A stretch of DNA of 62,956 nucleotides, filler included, from Octopus bimaculoides (GCF_001194135.2; 4 parts of 4 records of this genome joined end to end with filler, not necessarily neighbours in it); one strand, 5' to 3'; positions 11,867-23,263 are shown, numbered from the whole stretch's first letter. Notes: a model not told the origin generated them from the letters alone. Numbers and translations are program-made.

Positions 11867-12317
11867 NNNNNNNNNNNNNNNNNNNNNNNNNNNNNNNNNN
11901 NNNNNNNNNNNNNNNNNNNNNNNNNNNNNNNNNNNNNNNNNNNNNNNNNNNNNNNNNNNNNNNNNNNNNNNNNNNNNNNNNNNNNNNNNNNNNNNNNNNN
12001 NNNNNNNNNNNNNNNNNNNNNNNNNNNNNNNNNNNNNNNNNNNNNNNNNNNNNNNNNNNNNNNNNNNNNNNNNNNNNNNNNNNNNNNNNNNNNNNNNNNN
12101 NNNNNNNNNNNNNNNNNNNNNNNNNNNNNNNNNNNNNNNNNNNNNNNNNNNNNNNNNNNNNNNNNNNNNNNNNNNNNNNNNNNNNNNNNNNNNNNNNNNN
12201 NNNNNNNNNNNNNNNNNNNNNNNNNNNNNNNNNNNNNNNNNNNNNNNNNNACCCAGTCCAAAGCCACGCCCATCCACCCAACCACCCACTTCTACGAATG
12301 CCATAATAACTTCTTAC

Positions 12318-12347
12318 CGTTGAAAACAGCAACATTTTCAAGATCTA
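12318..12347 (-). other. Candidate 30-nt alternative 5' exon of CHTOP carrying an in-frame upstream ATG
   Basis: Minus strand gtatgtgctttttgcag|TAGATCTTGAAAATGTTGCTGTTTTCAACG|gtaagaag. The ATG at 12335-12333 is 18 nt from the donor, so it is in frame with the CHTOP exon. Confidence 0.45.
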
Positions 12348-12596
12348 CTGCAAAAAGCACATACAGATAAATGTGAGAGATAGAGGCCTATATCATATAT
12401 ATATATATATAGCTGTGTGGGTGGGTGTTCATATATCAATGGAGAAGGGGGTAACTCTTCCCTTTTCCTTCCTTCCTTCCTTCAAACTCCGTATTGTCTT
12501 GTACAGTTCCTGCTACAAAATATACACACACACCAAACAGCTGCACAGATCTAGACGCAGGCCTAACGACCTCCGACATTAACTTGAAAACGGCTA

Positions 12597-12933
12597 TCAA
12601 TACTACTACTACTACTACTACTACTACTACAGTTACTAGCAGTGCCAATACTACTACTGCTGCTGTTATTACCACCACCACTACTACTGCCACCACTACT
12701 ACTGCTACCACCACTACTACTACTACGACCACCACCACCACCACCACTATTACTACAGCTACCACCACTACCACTACTACTACTACTACAGCTACCACCA
12801 CCACCACCACTACTACCACCACAATTAGTTGTAAGAATACTTGTGCTACAAGTGGTTTAAATATGAAGATGGTGATGATGGTATTGGTGGAAGTGGTTAA
12901 CAAGTGGTGTGGTGGTGGTGGTAGTGGTGAAGC

Positions 12934-12968
<35 letters not shown>

Positions 12969-13015
12969 CTCTATTCATAGTCATGTGTGTGTGTATATAT
13001 ACATATACATGTGTG

Positions 13016-13056
<41 letters not shown>

Positions 13057-13113
13057 NNNNNNNNNNTCATAGTCATGTGTGTGTGTGTATATATACATAT
13101 ACATGTGTGTGTC

Positions 13114-13165
<52 letters not shown>

Positions 13166-13830
13166 CTATATGTGTGTGTGTATATATTATAACTATATAT
13201 GTGTGTGTATATACGTATGTATGCGAATATATGTGTGTGTGTGTGATGGTTGTGTTGTGTAAGGTGACATGCAAAAGGTGGTAGAGGTGTAGAGGTGATG
13301 GTGGCAGAGGCAGAGTGTTCGCTGGCAAGGGTGACGTAATGATGAAGGTGGTACATGCGGTGATGCAATGGTGGAGGTGGAGACGAAGTATATATATATA
13401 TATATACATCAGCAGTAGTAGTAATAGTAGTAGCAGTAGCTGTGATGGTAGTAGTAGTAGTAATGGTGATTGTAGTTATAGTAGTTGTGATGGTTGTAGT
13501 GGTTGTAGCAGCCATAGTAGCAGTAGTGGTGGTGTTTGTAGTAATAATAGTGGTAGCAGTTGTGTTGGTTGTTGTAGTAGTGTTGTTAGTAGAATGTGAT
13601 GGTAGCGGCTGTAGTAGTAGTAGTAGTAGTAGTGGCAATGGTGGTGTTTGTAGTAGTAGCAATGGTTGTTGTAGTTGTTATCATAGTAGCAGTGGTGGTG
13701 TTTGTAGTAGTAGCAATGGTTGTTGTAGTTGTTATCATAGTAGCAGTGGTGGTGTTTGTAGTAGTAGCAATGGTTGTTGTAGTTGTTATCATAGTAGCAG
13801 TGATGGTGGTTGTAGTAGTGGCAGCAGAAT
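12597..13830. repeat. Degenerate (ACT/ACC)n tract (12597-12822) and opposite-orientation (GTA/GGT)n tracts (about 13410-13830), including a 54-bp unit x3 at about 13640-13800
   Basis: Visible triplet-based low-complexity sequence, which gives the poly-Thr and poly-Val ORFs in the track. Confidence 0.85.
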
Positions 13831-14211
13831 CTACAAAGGCCATGTCTGTTAGTAAGGACTTAGCTTCTCAAGTACAAAAGGTCACCACAACTCCCAGTTC
13901 CCTTGATATTTCCTCAGTGGGCCCTCATACAGGGAATATACACAATAATGGTTGAAGTGTGGCTGTTGTTAATTCCAAGCCAACACTGACTGAGCAGACC
14001 TTTGATTAAAGATGTTCCAATCATGACCATCACCTCTGTTAGGGATATGCACGATCACATCATATTGTGTCCTTCCTTTACTATTTAAGAAAGCATGTGA
14101 TTTGAGGGGCTCAACTGGTATTTTCAGAACCTATGCTATGACAAAGTATAGGACCCTTCTTTAGCTTGTAACAGACGTAAACAGGATGTGTGTATCATCA
14201 TCATCAGGCAC

Positions 14212-14485
14212 ATGAGTGGCTGTGTGGTTCTGGGTTCAGTCCCACTGCGTGGCACTTTGGGCAAGTATCTTCTACTATAGCCTCAGGCCAACCAAAGCCT
14301 TGTGAGTGGATTTGGTAGACAGAAACTGAAAGAAAACCATTGTATTTATATATGTGTGTGACTCTCTGTGTCTTTCCCTCCCCCACTTGACAACAGGTGT
14401 TGTGGTATTTATGTCCCCTGTAACTTAGCGGGTTAGCAAAAGAGATCAACAGAATAAGTACTGAGATCAATTCATTTGATTAAAA
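14212..14485 (+). mobile_element. SINE family A, internally deleted
   Basis: gagtggctgtgtggttctgggttcagtcccactgcgtggc ... agaataagtact. Confidence 0.8.
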
Positions 14486-14487
14486 TA

Positions 14488-14777
14488 TATGTTATCCAAT
14501 GTGTACAGTATTATATATCCATTACGATCAATCTTACCAATTGGTTTCATGCTTGGGATTTGACAGAGTGTTAAGTAACAATCCAGTTATGTAACCCTGC
14601 GCTCATCACAGATAGCCATTATGGAATGAAATTTGGCATTCCATAACGACTACCTCTGATGAGCGCAGGGTTACATAATCAGATTGTTACTTAACACTCT
14701 GCTGAATCCCTCACATGAAACTGATTGATAAGATCAGCAGTAATGGATTTGTAAAACTGTACACTTTGATTAATATA
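14488..14777. repeat. 290-bp ungapped fold-back palindrome (MITE-like or hairpin RNA)
   Basis: Arms 14488-14628 and 14637-14777 (141 bp each) with an 8-nt loop. By manual alignment about 113/141 positions are complementary, and the inner 74 bp are 64/74. Confidence 0.92.
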
Positions 14778-14814
14778 CCCATTCTACTGACTGATATACG
14801 AGTGCGCTTATCCA

Positions 14815-15118
14815 GCTTCGCCTTACTGGCACTTGTGCCAGTGGCATGTGAACAAAACACTGGCTGACTCCTGTGCAGGTGGCACATAAAAAACACCATT
14901 TGAGCGTGGCCGTTGTCAGTACTGCCGGACTGGCCCTCGTGCCGGTGGTACGTAAAAAGCACCCACTACACTCTCGGAGTGGTTGGTGTTAGGAAGGGCA
15001 TCCAACTGTAGAAACTCTGCCAGATCAGATTGGGGTCTTGTGTAGCCATCTAGTTCGCCAGTCTCCAGTCAAATCGTCCAACCCATACTAGCATGAAAAG
15101 CAGACATTAAATGATGGT
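14815..15118 (+). mobile_element. Family D retroposon
   Basis: Same body and tail as the copies at 8642 and 59815. Confidence 0.85.
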
Positions 15119-15827
15119 TTTTCCTGATTTATGGACCTTTAGACAACTTACACATACATACACACTCACACATGCATGAGTCTGTCTGTTTATCTGGTTG
15201 TGTTTGCCTACTTGTCTGTTTGTATGCCTGTCTGAAAGGTGAGAGATTTGGCTGCTATTTCTAGCACAACACCAACCATTTAGAGAATCCTTTCACAATT
15301 GTGGCTGGTAAAGGTGCTTGATATGTGTGGTATGAGCAAGAGATGGTAGGGTGAAGGTGACAATAGGAAGTTGCCTCCTTGTTAACCTGTAATTAAGACA
15401 TTCTCGCGTAAAGGGGTGGGGTGACTGAGAGGGAGGTGAAATGAACAGTCAACAAGAGAGAAAGAGACACACACATACAAATAGACAGAAAAGGAGAGGA
15501 TAAAGAAAGAGAGAGGGGGGGGAAAGGATAAAATAAAGACTTACAAACACACAAAAAGATGGTTCAGGGTTCAAGTCTCACTCGGGCAAGTGGATTTGGT
15601 AGATAGAAACTGAAAGAAGCCCATCGTGTGTGTGTGTATGTGTATGTGTGCATCTCTGTGTTTATCCTCCACCAACACTTGACAACCAGTGTTGGTTTGT
15701 TTGCATTCCCATAACTTGGTGGTTTGGAAAAAAAGTCCAATGAACAAGCACCAGACTTAATATAATTGAAGGTGGTGCTCCAGCATGGCCGCAGTAAAAA
15801 GATAAAAGATTTATATTTTAGACACAG

Positions 15828-16222
15828 ACCTGGCTGCTTGGTAAGAAGCTTGATTTCCAACCACATGGTTCTGGGTTCAGCCCCAATGTGTGACACCTTC
15901 GGCAAGTATCTTCTACTATAGCCTCAGGCCAACCAAAGCCTTTTGAGTGGATTTGGTAGACAGAAACTGAAAGAAGCCTGTCGTGTGTGTATGTATGTAT
16001 GTATGTATGTATGTATGTATGTATTTGTGTTTGTTCCCCCGCCATCGCTTGACAACTAATGCTGGAGTTTACATCCCTGTAACTTAGCGGTTCGGCAAAA
16101 AGAGACTGACAGAATAAGTACTAAGCTTGCAAAGAATAAGACCTGAGGTTGATTTCTGCGACTAAATAAAGGTGGTGCTCCAGCATGGCCACAGTCAAAT
16201 GACTGAAACAAGTAAAAAAAAT
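15828..16222 (+). mobile_element. SINE family A, full length (a deleted copy precedes it at about 15560-15810)
   Basis: Head ctggctgcttggtaagaagc..ggttcagcccc through to tail gactgaaacaagtaaaa. Confidence 0.88.
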
Positions 16223-16654
16223 ACTGTGTTTGCCCATGCACAAAAATGTGTATGTAAATCACAAGCTTCCTTCCTCTACATCCACCACCACCACCACCAC
16301 CATCACCAGTTACTATATTGTTATTTACTCACCCAGATTTCCGATCTCCCCTCCTCCTTCTCACACCCCACAGCTCCACCTAACACCACCAATTGAAATT
16401 CCAGGTGCCAAAGCTAGGCTTGACCAAATACCTGTTTAAAATTCCAACGGTGGACAGCACAACAGGTGCTGGCTAGCTGGACAAGCTGTAATTAATAATG
16501 TCCTGCACACTGCTTGTTAATTAACAAACCTCGCTTGCTTGCAAGCTGGAAATGAGCGACAAGTGCTTGGTCATAGGAAGATCAGGAATAGGGGCTGGAG
16601 AGACACCGTGCTCTACAGATGTGAATGGGTGGGTGGATGGGGGATCCTACTTAC

Positions 16655-16666
16655 AGAAGTGGAAGC
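16655..16666 (-). other. Candidate 12-nt microexon
   Basis: Minus strand gatttcgttttttctgccttag|GCTTCCACTTCT|gtaagtag, with strong acceptor and donor and a TGC in the pyrimidine tract. It lies in non-repetitive sequence. Confidence 0.4.
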
Positions 16667-16749
16667 CTAAGGCAGAAAAAACGAAATCTCTCACTGGGGT
16701 TTCTGCTATGTCTTTCTCCTAGCGACTGATGATAGAGATGCAGACATCT

Positions 16750-16967
16750 CTTTTACTCTTTTACTTGTTTCAGTCATTTGACTGCGGCCATGCTGGAGCA
16801 CCGCCTTTAGTCGAGCACATCGACCCCAGGACTTATTCTTTGGAAGCCTAGTACTTATTCTATCGGTCTCTTTTGCCGAACCACTAAGTTACGGGGACGT
16901 AAACACACCAGCATCGGTTGTCAAGCGATGTTGGGGGGGGGGGACAAACACAGACACACAAACATAT

Positions 16968-17006
<39 letters not shown>

Positions 17007-17156
17007 CGATGGGCTTCTTTCAGTTTCCATCTACCAAATCTACTCACAGCCCGAGACTATAGCAGACACTTGCCCAAGGTGCCACGCAGTGGGAATGAAC
17101 CCAGAACCATGTGGTTGGTAAGCAAGCTACTTACCACACAGCCACTCCTGCGCCTA
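16750..17156 (-). mobile_element. SINE family A, young full-length copy
   Basis: In sense it reads aggcgcaggagtggctgtgtggtaagtagc (A box) ... gggttcattccc (B box) ... cttgggcaagtgtc (CORE-like), an internal (TA)n/(TG)n, and an (AAAAGAGT)n tail. This is consistent with the described octopus tRNA-derived SINE families; the exact family is not assigned. Confidence 0.92.
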
Positions 17157-18272
17157 CTTCTCCATGTTCACATGGATCAGTTGAAATTCATTGGGGCACA
17201 TTTTCTAGAGCCAGATGCCCTTCAGAGACAGTAATGTGTGTGTGTGTGAGGGATCAACATTGTCATTCTGTAATGTTTGTTTTCCAAGCTGGCATGGGTT
17301 GAACAGTTTGACAGGAGCTGGCCAGGCTCCAATTGCCTCTTGTGGCATGGTTTCTATGGCTGGATGCCCTCAGTTGAAGACACTTGTCCAAGGTGCCATG
17401 ATGTTGTTGGGAAGTAAGCTTCTTAACAGCACAGCCACGCCTGCACCTACAGGCTTGGATCAGCCGAGTGCTATACTGAAAGACACTTGCTCAAGATGGG
17501 ATGCTGTTGAATTTGAACTCAAAACCACATGGTTGGGGAAGGCAACTTCCCAACTATACATCCATACCTCGCACAACATAGTTCACATAAGGAGTCTCAG
17601 GCCAATTGGTATTAAAAGGGTTTGACAAAGATCAACAACCACCATAAGTTTTTAAAGAGCCCAGAGTGGAGCTTGGCTCAGTGTAGTACCATCACTCGCA
17701 ACTGACACTCAGCTTGATAGTGACTGCCAATGCAATGGCATTTCTCTGAGGCTTGGTCTCCAGATCTGTGAGCTTCAGGAGTGCCAAGTTCTTTCGGCCC
17801 TCACCCACTGTCATATCATTGTAGTGCTGGCTGCTTTCCACAAGATCATAGAGCATCTCTCTCACTACCCTCCAAGGCAACGCCTTTTCCGCTTTGTCAG
17901 TTGGTGCCATGAGAAATGTTTCTATATTGTGAGAGGCAAGATCCTATGTTAATCCTATTATTCTGACTTAAATCATGTCTCTGCTCAACCACTCAATGCT
18001 TGTTGTGCTACACACTTTAAGAGCTATTGCTTTCATAACTTGCGGTCATTCTTTGTGCTAAAAATAGGATGCTGTGGCTGAGGAGAAGTAAGCTTCTTAA
18101 CCACACAGACATGCGTGCACTTAAAGGCTTGGGTCAGCCCAGGGCTATACTGAAAGACACTTGCTCAACATGTGATGGGGCGGGATGCTCATAATAATTC
18201 TGAGATGTGGTGAAACTATGACTTTGGGGTAAGCTGAGGTGGTAGACAAGTTAGAGAGTCTTAAGCTCTTAC

Positions 18273-18347
18273 CAGAGTCTAACCCAGTGGGTGCCGAACT
18301 ATGACTCGAGAGCAACATCCAACTCTCAAAGCTCCAGTGTGTGGTGC
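18273..18347 (-). other. Candidate 75-nt cassette exon
   Basis: Minus strand atgcatttcag|GCACCACAC...TAGACTCTG|gtaagag. The donor is good but the pyrimidine tract is weak. Confidence 0.25.
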
Positions 18348-18599
18348 CTGAAATGCATACTAGGGATTTTAGAGTTATTTTTCTTAACCATGTTCCTGTT
18401 GCAGTGGGAATAGCTTAAATGTCGTCTCTGCTGGATTCCTGCTAATGCAGTAACGAGCAGTGCACATAGAAAAAGAGGATAAATGCTAAACTTAGACAAC
18501 TGATTACGTTGCAGCTTTGTGCGTTTATGACTCATTGTTAATGGTCCCCGCCCCCATAGCTGTTACCTTGAAGGGTTTTTATGAAACGAATCAACCACA

Positions 18600-18845
18600 G
18601 AATTTCAATTTTTATTCTATTCATTTCTCATGCTGAACTGCTAAGTTACAGGGATGTAAACAAATGCAACATCAGTTGTCAAGCAGTGGTGGAACACACA
18701 GACACACACACAATGGGCTTCTCTCACGAAGCTTTGTAGGCTCTGGGGGTTATAGTGGAAGACATTTGCCCAAGGTACCGTGCAATGGGACTGAACCTGC
18801 AACCATGTGGTTGGGAAGGAAACTTCTTGCTACACAGCCATGCCT
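18600..18845 (-). mobile_element. SINE family A, diverged
   Basis: gaactgctaagttacaggg ... gaagacatttgcccaaggt ... tacacagcca. Confidence 0.75.
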
Positions 18846-19160
18846 TATTAGCAAATATCATTTTAAAAATTACACCTTACATCTCTTAAAAATAAAAAAA
18901 TTTCATATGAAACTCTTCTTATGATACTACTTCTTATGATACTTGGTCATATCAAGGATATTGTGTTGCAGCTCAGACCAAGGCACGTAACTCTGCTTAA
19001 GTTAGTATTAACTCAGAAGCATTAATGAAAAGTTAATTAGAAATAATTATCAGAAAACCATGTATAAAATAAGAAATCAAGGTTAAAATTAAAGCTGCTT
19101 ATAATACATGTTATCACGTTGTAAAGTTTCTCCCTGCACCACCCATATGGTTTCGAGGTT

Positions 19161-20440
19161 AAGCTAGGGAGATGAAGAGATAGCTCGGGGGATGAGATAG
19201 CTAAGGGGATGAAGAGATATCTAGGGGGATGAAGAGATAGCTAGGGGGATGATGAGATAGCTAGGGGGATGATGAGATAGCTAGGGGGATGATGAGATAG
19301 CTAGGGGGATGATGAGATAGCTAGGGGGATGATGNNNNNNNNNNNNNNNNNNNNNNNNNNNNNNNNNNNNNNNNNNNNNNNNNNNNNNNNNNNNNNNNNN
19401 NNNNNNNNNNNNNNNNNNNNNNNNNNNNNNNNNNNNNNNNNNNNNNNNNNNNNNNNNNNNNNNNNNNNNNNNNNNNNNNNNNNNNNNNNNNNNNNNNNNN
19501 NNNNNNNNNNNNNNNNNNNNNNNNNNNNNNNNNNNNNNNNNNNNNNNNNNNNNNNNNNNNNNNNNNNNNNNNNNNNNNNNNNNNNNNNNNNNNNNNNNNN
19601 NNNNNNNNNNNNNNNNNNNNNNNNNNNNNNNNNNNNNNNNNNNNNNNNNNNNNNNNNNNNNNNNNNNNNNNNNNNNNNNNNNNNNNNNNNNNNNNNNNNN
19701 NNNNNNNNNNNNNNNNNNNNNNNNNNNNNNNNNNNNNNNNNNNNNNNNNNNNNNNNNNNNNNNNNNNNNNNNNNNNNNNNNNNNNNNNNNNNNNNNNNNN
19801 NNNNNNNNNNNNNNNNNNNNNNNNNNNNNNNNNNNNNNNNNNNNNNNNNNNNNNNNNNNNNNNNNNNNNNNNNNNNNNNNNNNNNNNNNNNNNNNNNNNN
19901 NNNNNNNNNNNNNNNNNNNNNNNNNNNNNNNNNNNNNNNNNNNNNNNNNNNNNNNNNNNNNNNNNNNNNNNNNNNNNNNNNNNNNNNNNNNNNNNNNNNN
20001 NNNNNNNNNNNNNNNNNNNNNNNNNNNNNNNNNNNNNNNNNNNNNNNNNNNNNNNNNNNNNNNNNNNNNNNNNNNNNNNNNNNNNNNNNNNNNNNNNNNN
20101 NNNNNNNNNNNNNNNNNNNNNNNNGGGGATGATGAGATAGCTAGGGGGATGATGAGATAGCTAGGGGGATGATGAGATAGCTAGGGGGTGATGAGATAGC
20201 TAGGGGGTGATGAGATAGCTAGGGGGTGATGAGATAGCTAGGGGTGAGATAGCTAGGGAGGTGATGAGATAGCTAGGGGGATGAAGAGATAGATAGGGGA
20301 ATGATGAGATAGCTAGGGAAGTAATGAGATAGCTAGGGAAGTAATGAGATAGCTAGGGGGATGAAGAGATAGCTAGGGAGGTGAAGAGATAGCTAGGGAG
20401 GTGATGAGATAGCTAGGGGGATGAAGAGATAGCTAGGGAG
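19161..20440. repeat. 20-bp minisatellite GATGAGATAGCTAGGGGGAT spanning an assembly gap
   Basis: Identical units flank the gap and units diverge toward both ends. Confidence 0.95.
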
Positions 20441-21364
20441 AAAAACAGAGAGCTAAAGATAGATAGTTAGAAAGATAAATAGCTAAACAAATATACAAAT
20501 GAGTAATACAGATGAATAGAGAGAGAAGGAGCAAGAGGTAACATAAAAGAAACTGCAAAGAGAGAGGAAGGAAAGCCAAAAAACCAAATCAATAAATAGA
20601 TAAATCAATAAAGGGAGGAGGAAAAGTAGGGAAAGAAAGGTGAAAGGTAAAGAAGGCAGGGAAAGAAAGGTGAAAGGTAAAGAAGGCAGGAAAAGTAATG
20701 CGAAATAAGAAGTCACTGGCTACGTTACATACAAATAACAGGTGTGTGTGTGTGTGTGTGTGTGTTTAATTGCTGCATCTGGAGGAAGGAGTAATGCCAT
20801 TGTTTTGTTGCAGGTGTGTCTAGACTGGTGGGATTGACGGCATTCACTTTCCGCTTGATCCTCTTACAAGTCAACCCCTGCAGGGAAAGATATAAGGAGG
20901 GAACTCCAAAGGGCTGATTTCTCTGGGAAGTCTTGTAGATAGTGAATAGCGCAGGATCTAGGGAAGGGGTTAAAGTCCGACACTACAAGGGTGATAAGTG
21001 AAGTGGTGAAAGGGTACTATAAATGCCGGAATAAAGAAGGGTCGAGTCTAACCATATCCAAGGATCAGGGGCCATGATAGGAGTTGTAGAAAAGACAGAG
21101 AAAACAGAACACCCTTGGGTGTACTGTTATCTCAGGTCAATCAGTCAGGTGATCCCTTTTTGAATGCAGTCTGCAAATACAGCAACAGCACACTCCAAGA
21201 TGCGAGGGCAATGCTGTGTTATGGGCCCCACTTGAACTTTCATCATCACAGACATCGTTTAACCTTTTCGTTACTGAACTCCCGTTAAAATACACTGACT
21301 CTGTTTTGATTAATTTTGGTAATAATGAATTTAGTAAAATGACTTTATCATTATTAAACTGGAG

Positions 21365-21520
21365 TTTACATGGCAGCAAGCCAGCAGAATGGTTAGCATG
21401 CTGGGCAAAATGCTTAGCAGCATTTCATCTGCCCTTACGTTCTGAGTTCAAATCCTGGTGAAGCTGACTTTGCCTTTCATCATTTTCAGGTCAAGTAAAT
21501 AAGTTCCAGTTACACACTGG
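21365..21520 (+). mobile_element. SINE family C (Nin/Deu-domain-like)
   Basis: ggcagcaagccagcagaatggttagc...gttctgagttcaaatcc..gactttgcctttcatc. Confidence 0.8.
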
Positions 21521-21545
21521 AATCCCATATACATACATACATACA

Positions 21546-21577
<32 letters not shown>

Positions 21578-21822
21578 GTGGAGGTGCGTGGCTCAGTGGT
21601 TAGGGTGTCAGCATCATGATTGTAAGATTGTGGTTTCGATTCCTGGACCGGGCGACGCGTTGTGGTCTTGAGCAAAGCACTTCATTTCACGTTGCTCCAG
21701 TCCACTCAGCTGGCAAAAATGAGTAACGCTGCGATGGACTGGCATCCTGTCCAGCTGGGGGACGCATATGCCATTGAAACCGGGGAACCGGGCCCATGAG
21801 CCTGGGTGGGCTTTAAAAGGGG
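21578..21822 (+). mobile_element. tRNA-derived SINE with CORE-like plus Meta/V-domain-like centre
   Basis: Head gtggaggtgcgtggctcagtggttagg..ggtttcgattcc, then cttgagcaaagcacttc..ccactcagctg, then ctgcgatggactggcatcctgtccag..gaaaccggg..catgagcc. Confidence 0.65.
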
Positions 21823-21825
21823 TGG

Positions 21826-21863
<38 letters not shown>

Positions 21864-22629
21864 CACACACACACAATGTATACACCCTTCGTGATCTGCT
21901 CTTATGGTATGTTTTCCATGCTGGTATGGGTTGGACAGTTTGGCTAGAACTGGTAAGCTGGAGAGCTGCACCAGGTTCCAGTCTGTTTTGCTATCTACAG
22001 CTGGATGCCGTTCCTAATGCCAACCACCCTACCGAGTGTACTGGGTGCCTTTTTTGGGTCACTGGCACTGGCCACAACTATGATTTCACTTATTTTGATA
22101 CGTTTTCTCAAGCAAAGCAAATCGCTAAATCTCGGTCACTTGTCATTGGTTTTGTGAGACTCAACATCCAAAGATCATATTTCACCACCTCATCCCATAT
22201 CTTCCCTGGGTCTCCCTCTTCCACAAGTTCCCTCCACAGTAGAGATGGGTGGCACTTCTCTATGCAGCTGTCCTCATTTATACACATCACATAGCCGTAC
22301 CAGCACAGTATTCTCTCTTGCACACTACATCTGATGCCACTTACAGCCAATTTAATCAGCGGAAGCTAACTGACCACAAACCTGTTCGAACTACACCCGA
22401 CCATACCCACCTTACTGAAGCACACTCAAGTCTTAGCTTATAGGCAGCAGGAACTTATTCCCCTTGCTAGGGAGTACAACACTCATCCCTGCTCTACCCT
22501 GAAGGGGACGCCAATGTGTTGCAGAGTTTAATCTCCCACACACCCTACCCCCAGTAACCACTGGTATTCCTGTTGAGTCTTGTCAAATTCTTTCCAACCA
22601 GCAGAAAATTTTTTTTTTTGCAATTCTTT

Positions 22630-23020
22630 TATTTTTTTACACGTTTCAGTCATTTGACTGCGGCCATGCTGGAACTTAACTACAAAGGGTTTTTAGCTGA
22701 AGAAATCGACCTCAGGACTTATTCTTTGTAAGCCTAGTACTCATAGGTTGCTTTTGCCAAACCGCTAAGTTACGGGGACATAAGCACCCCAACATCGGTT
22801 GTCAATTGATTGTGTGTGTGTGTGTGTGGGGGGGGACAAACACAGACACACACATAAATATATACACATATATATGTATGTATATATATACGGCTTCCTT
22901 CAGTTTCCGTCTACCAAAACCACTCACATGGCTGTGGTTGGCCCAAGGCTATAGTAGAAGACACTTGCCCAAGGTGCCACGCGGTGGGACTGAACCCTGA
23001 ACCATGTGGTTGGGAAGCAA
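22630..23020 (-). mobile_element. SINE family A
   Basis: gtttcagtcatttgactgcggccatgctgg ... gggactgaaccctgaaccatgtgg. Confidence 0.88.
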
Positions 23021-23170
23021 TTTGAAATATTTCGAGTGATTGGTAAGTATTTAACAATTTAAAACGATCCTTTATCTTCAGCTAAGTGAACTAAAAACAC
23101 GAAATGAAGCGTTTCGTTAAAAAAAAATGTGAAGCCCCATCCGATCTGGGAAACGAAAACACGACCTTAC

Positions 23171-23263
23171 GATTCATCCTCCTGACTTGGAGGGGACGCC
23201 TGCCTGTCGAAGGATCAAACTCCCACCCCCAGTGGCCACTGTTACATTATTCTTCAGCTGAGT
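23171..23263 (-). other. Candidate non-coding first (5'UTR) exon of CHTOP; 5' end hidden in the N gap
   Basis: CpG-rich unique sequence (about 11 CpG in 23040-23260) ending in the donor GAATC|gtaagg. All three minus-strand frames contain stops, as expected for a UTR exon. Confidence 0.4.

Noticed and set aside
12494-13955. Thr-rich mucin-like ORFs on both strands, one preceded by TACTAAC and an AG (~13830-13855, minus)
   Set aside because: They derive from triplet low-complexity tracts in both orientations, are broken by frameshifts, have no clear donor, and lie inside the CHTOP 5' intron. The branch-point match is probably chance.
17692-17910. 72-aa minus-strand ORF MAPTDKAEKALPWRVV...
   Set aside because: It looks like normal protein but has no recognisable homology and no convincing splice sites. 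It may be an old TE fragment.
1407-20440. Short regularly spaced repeats that could be mistaken for CRISPR arrays (1407-1745, 2841-3055, 19161-20440)
   Set aside because: There are no unique spacers and no cas genes, and the context is eukaryotic; these are tandem repeats.
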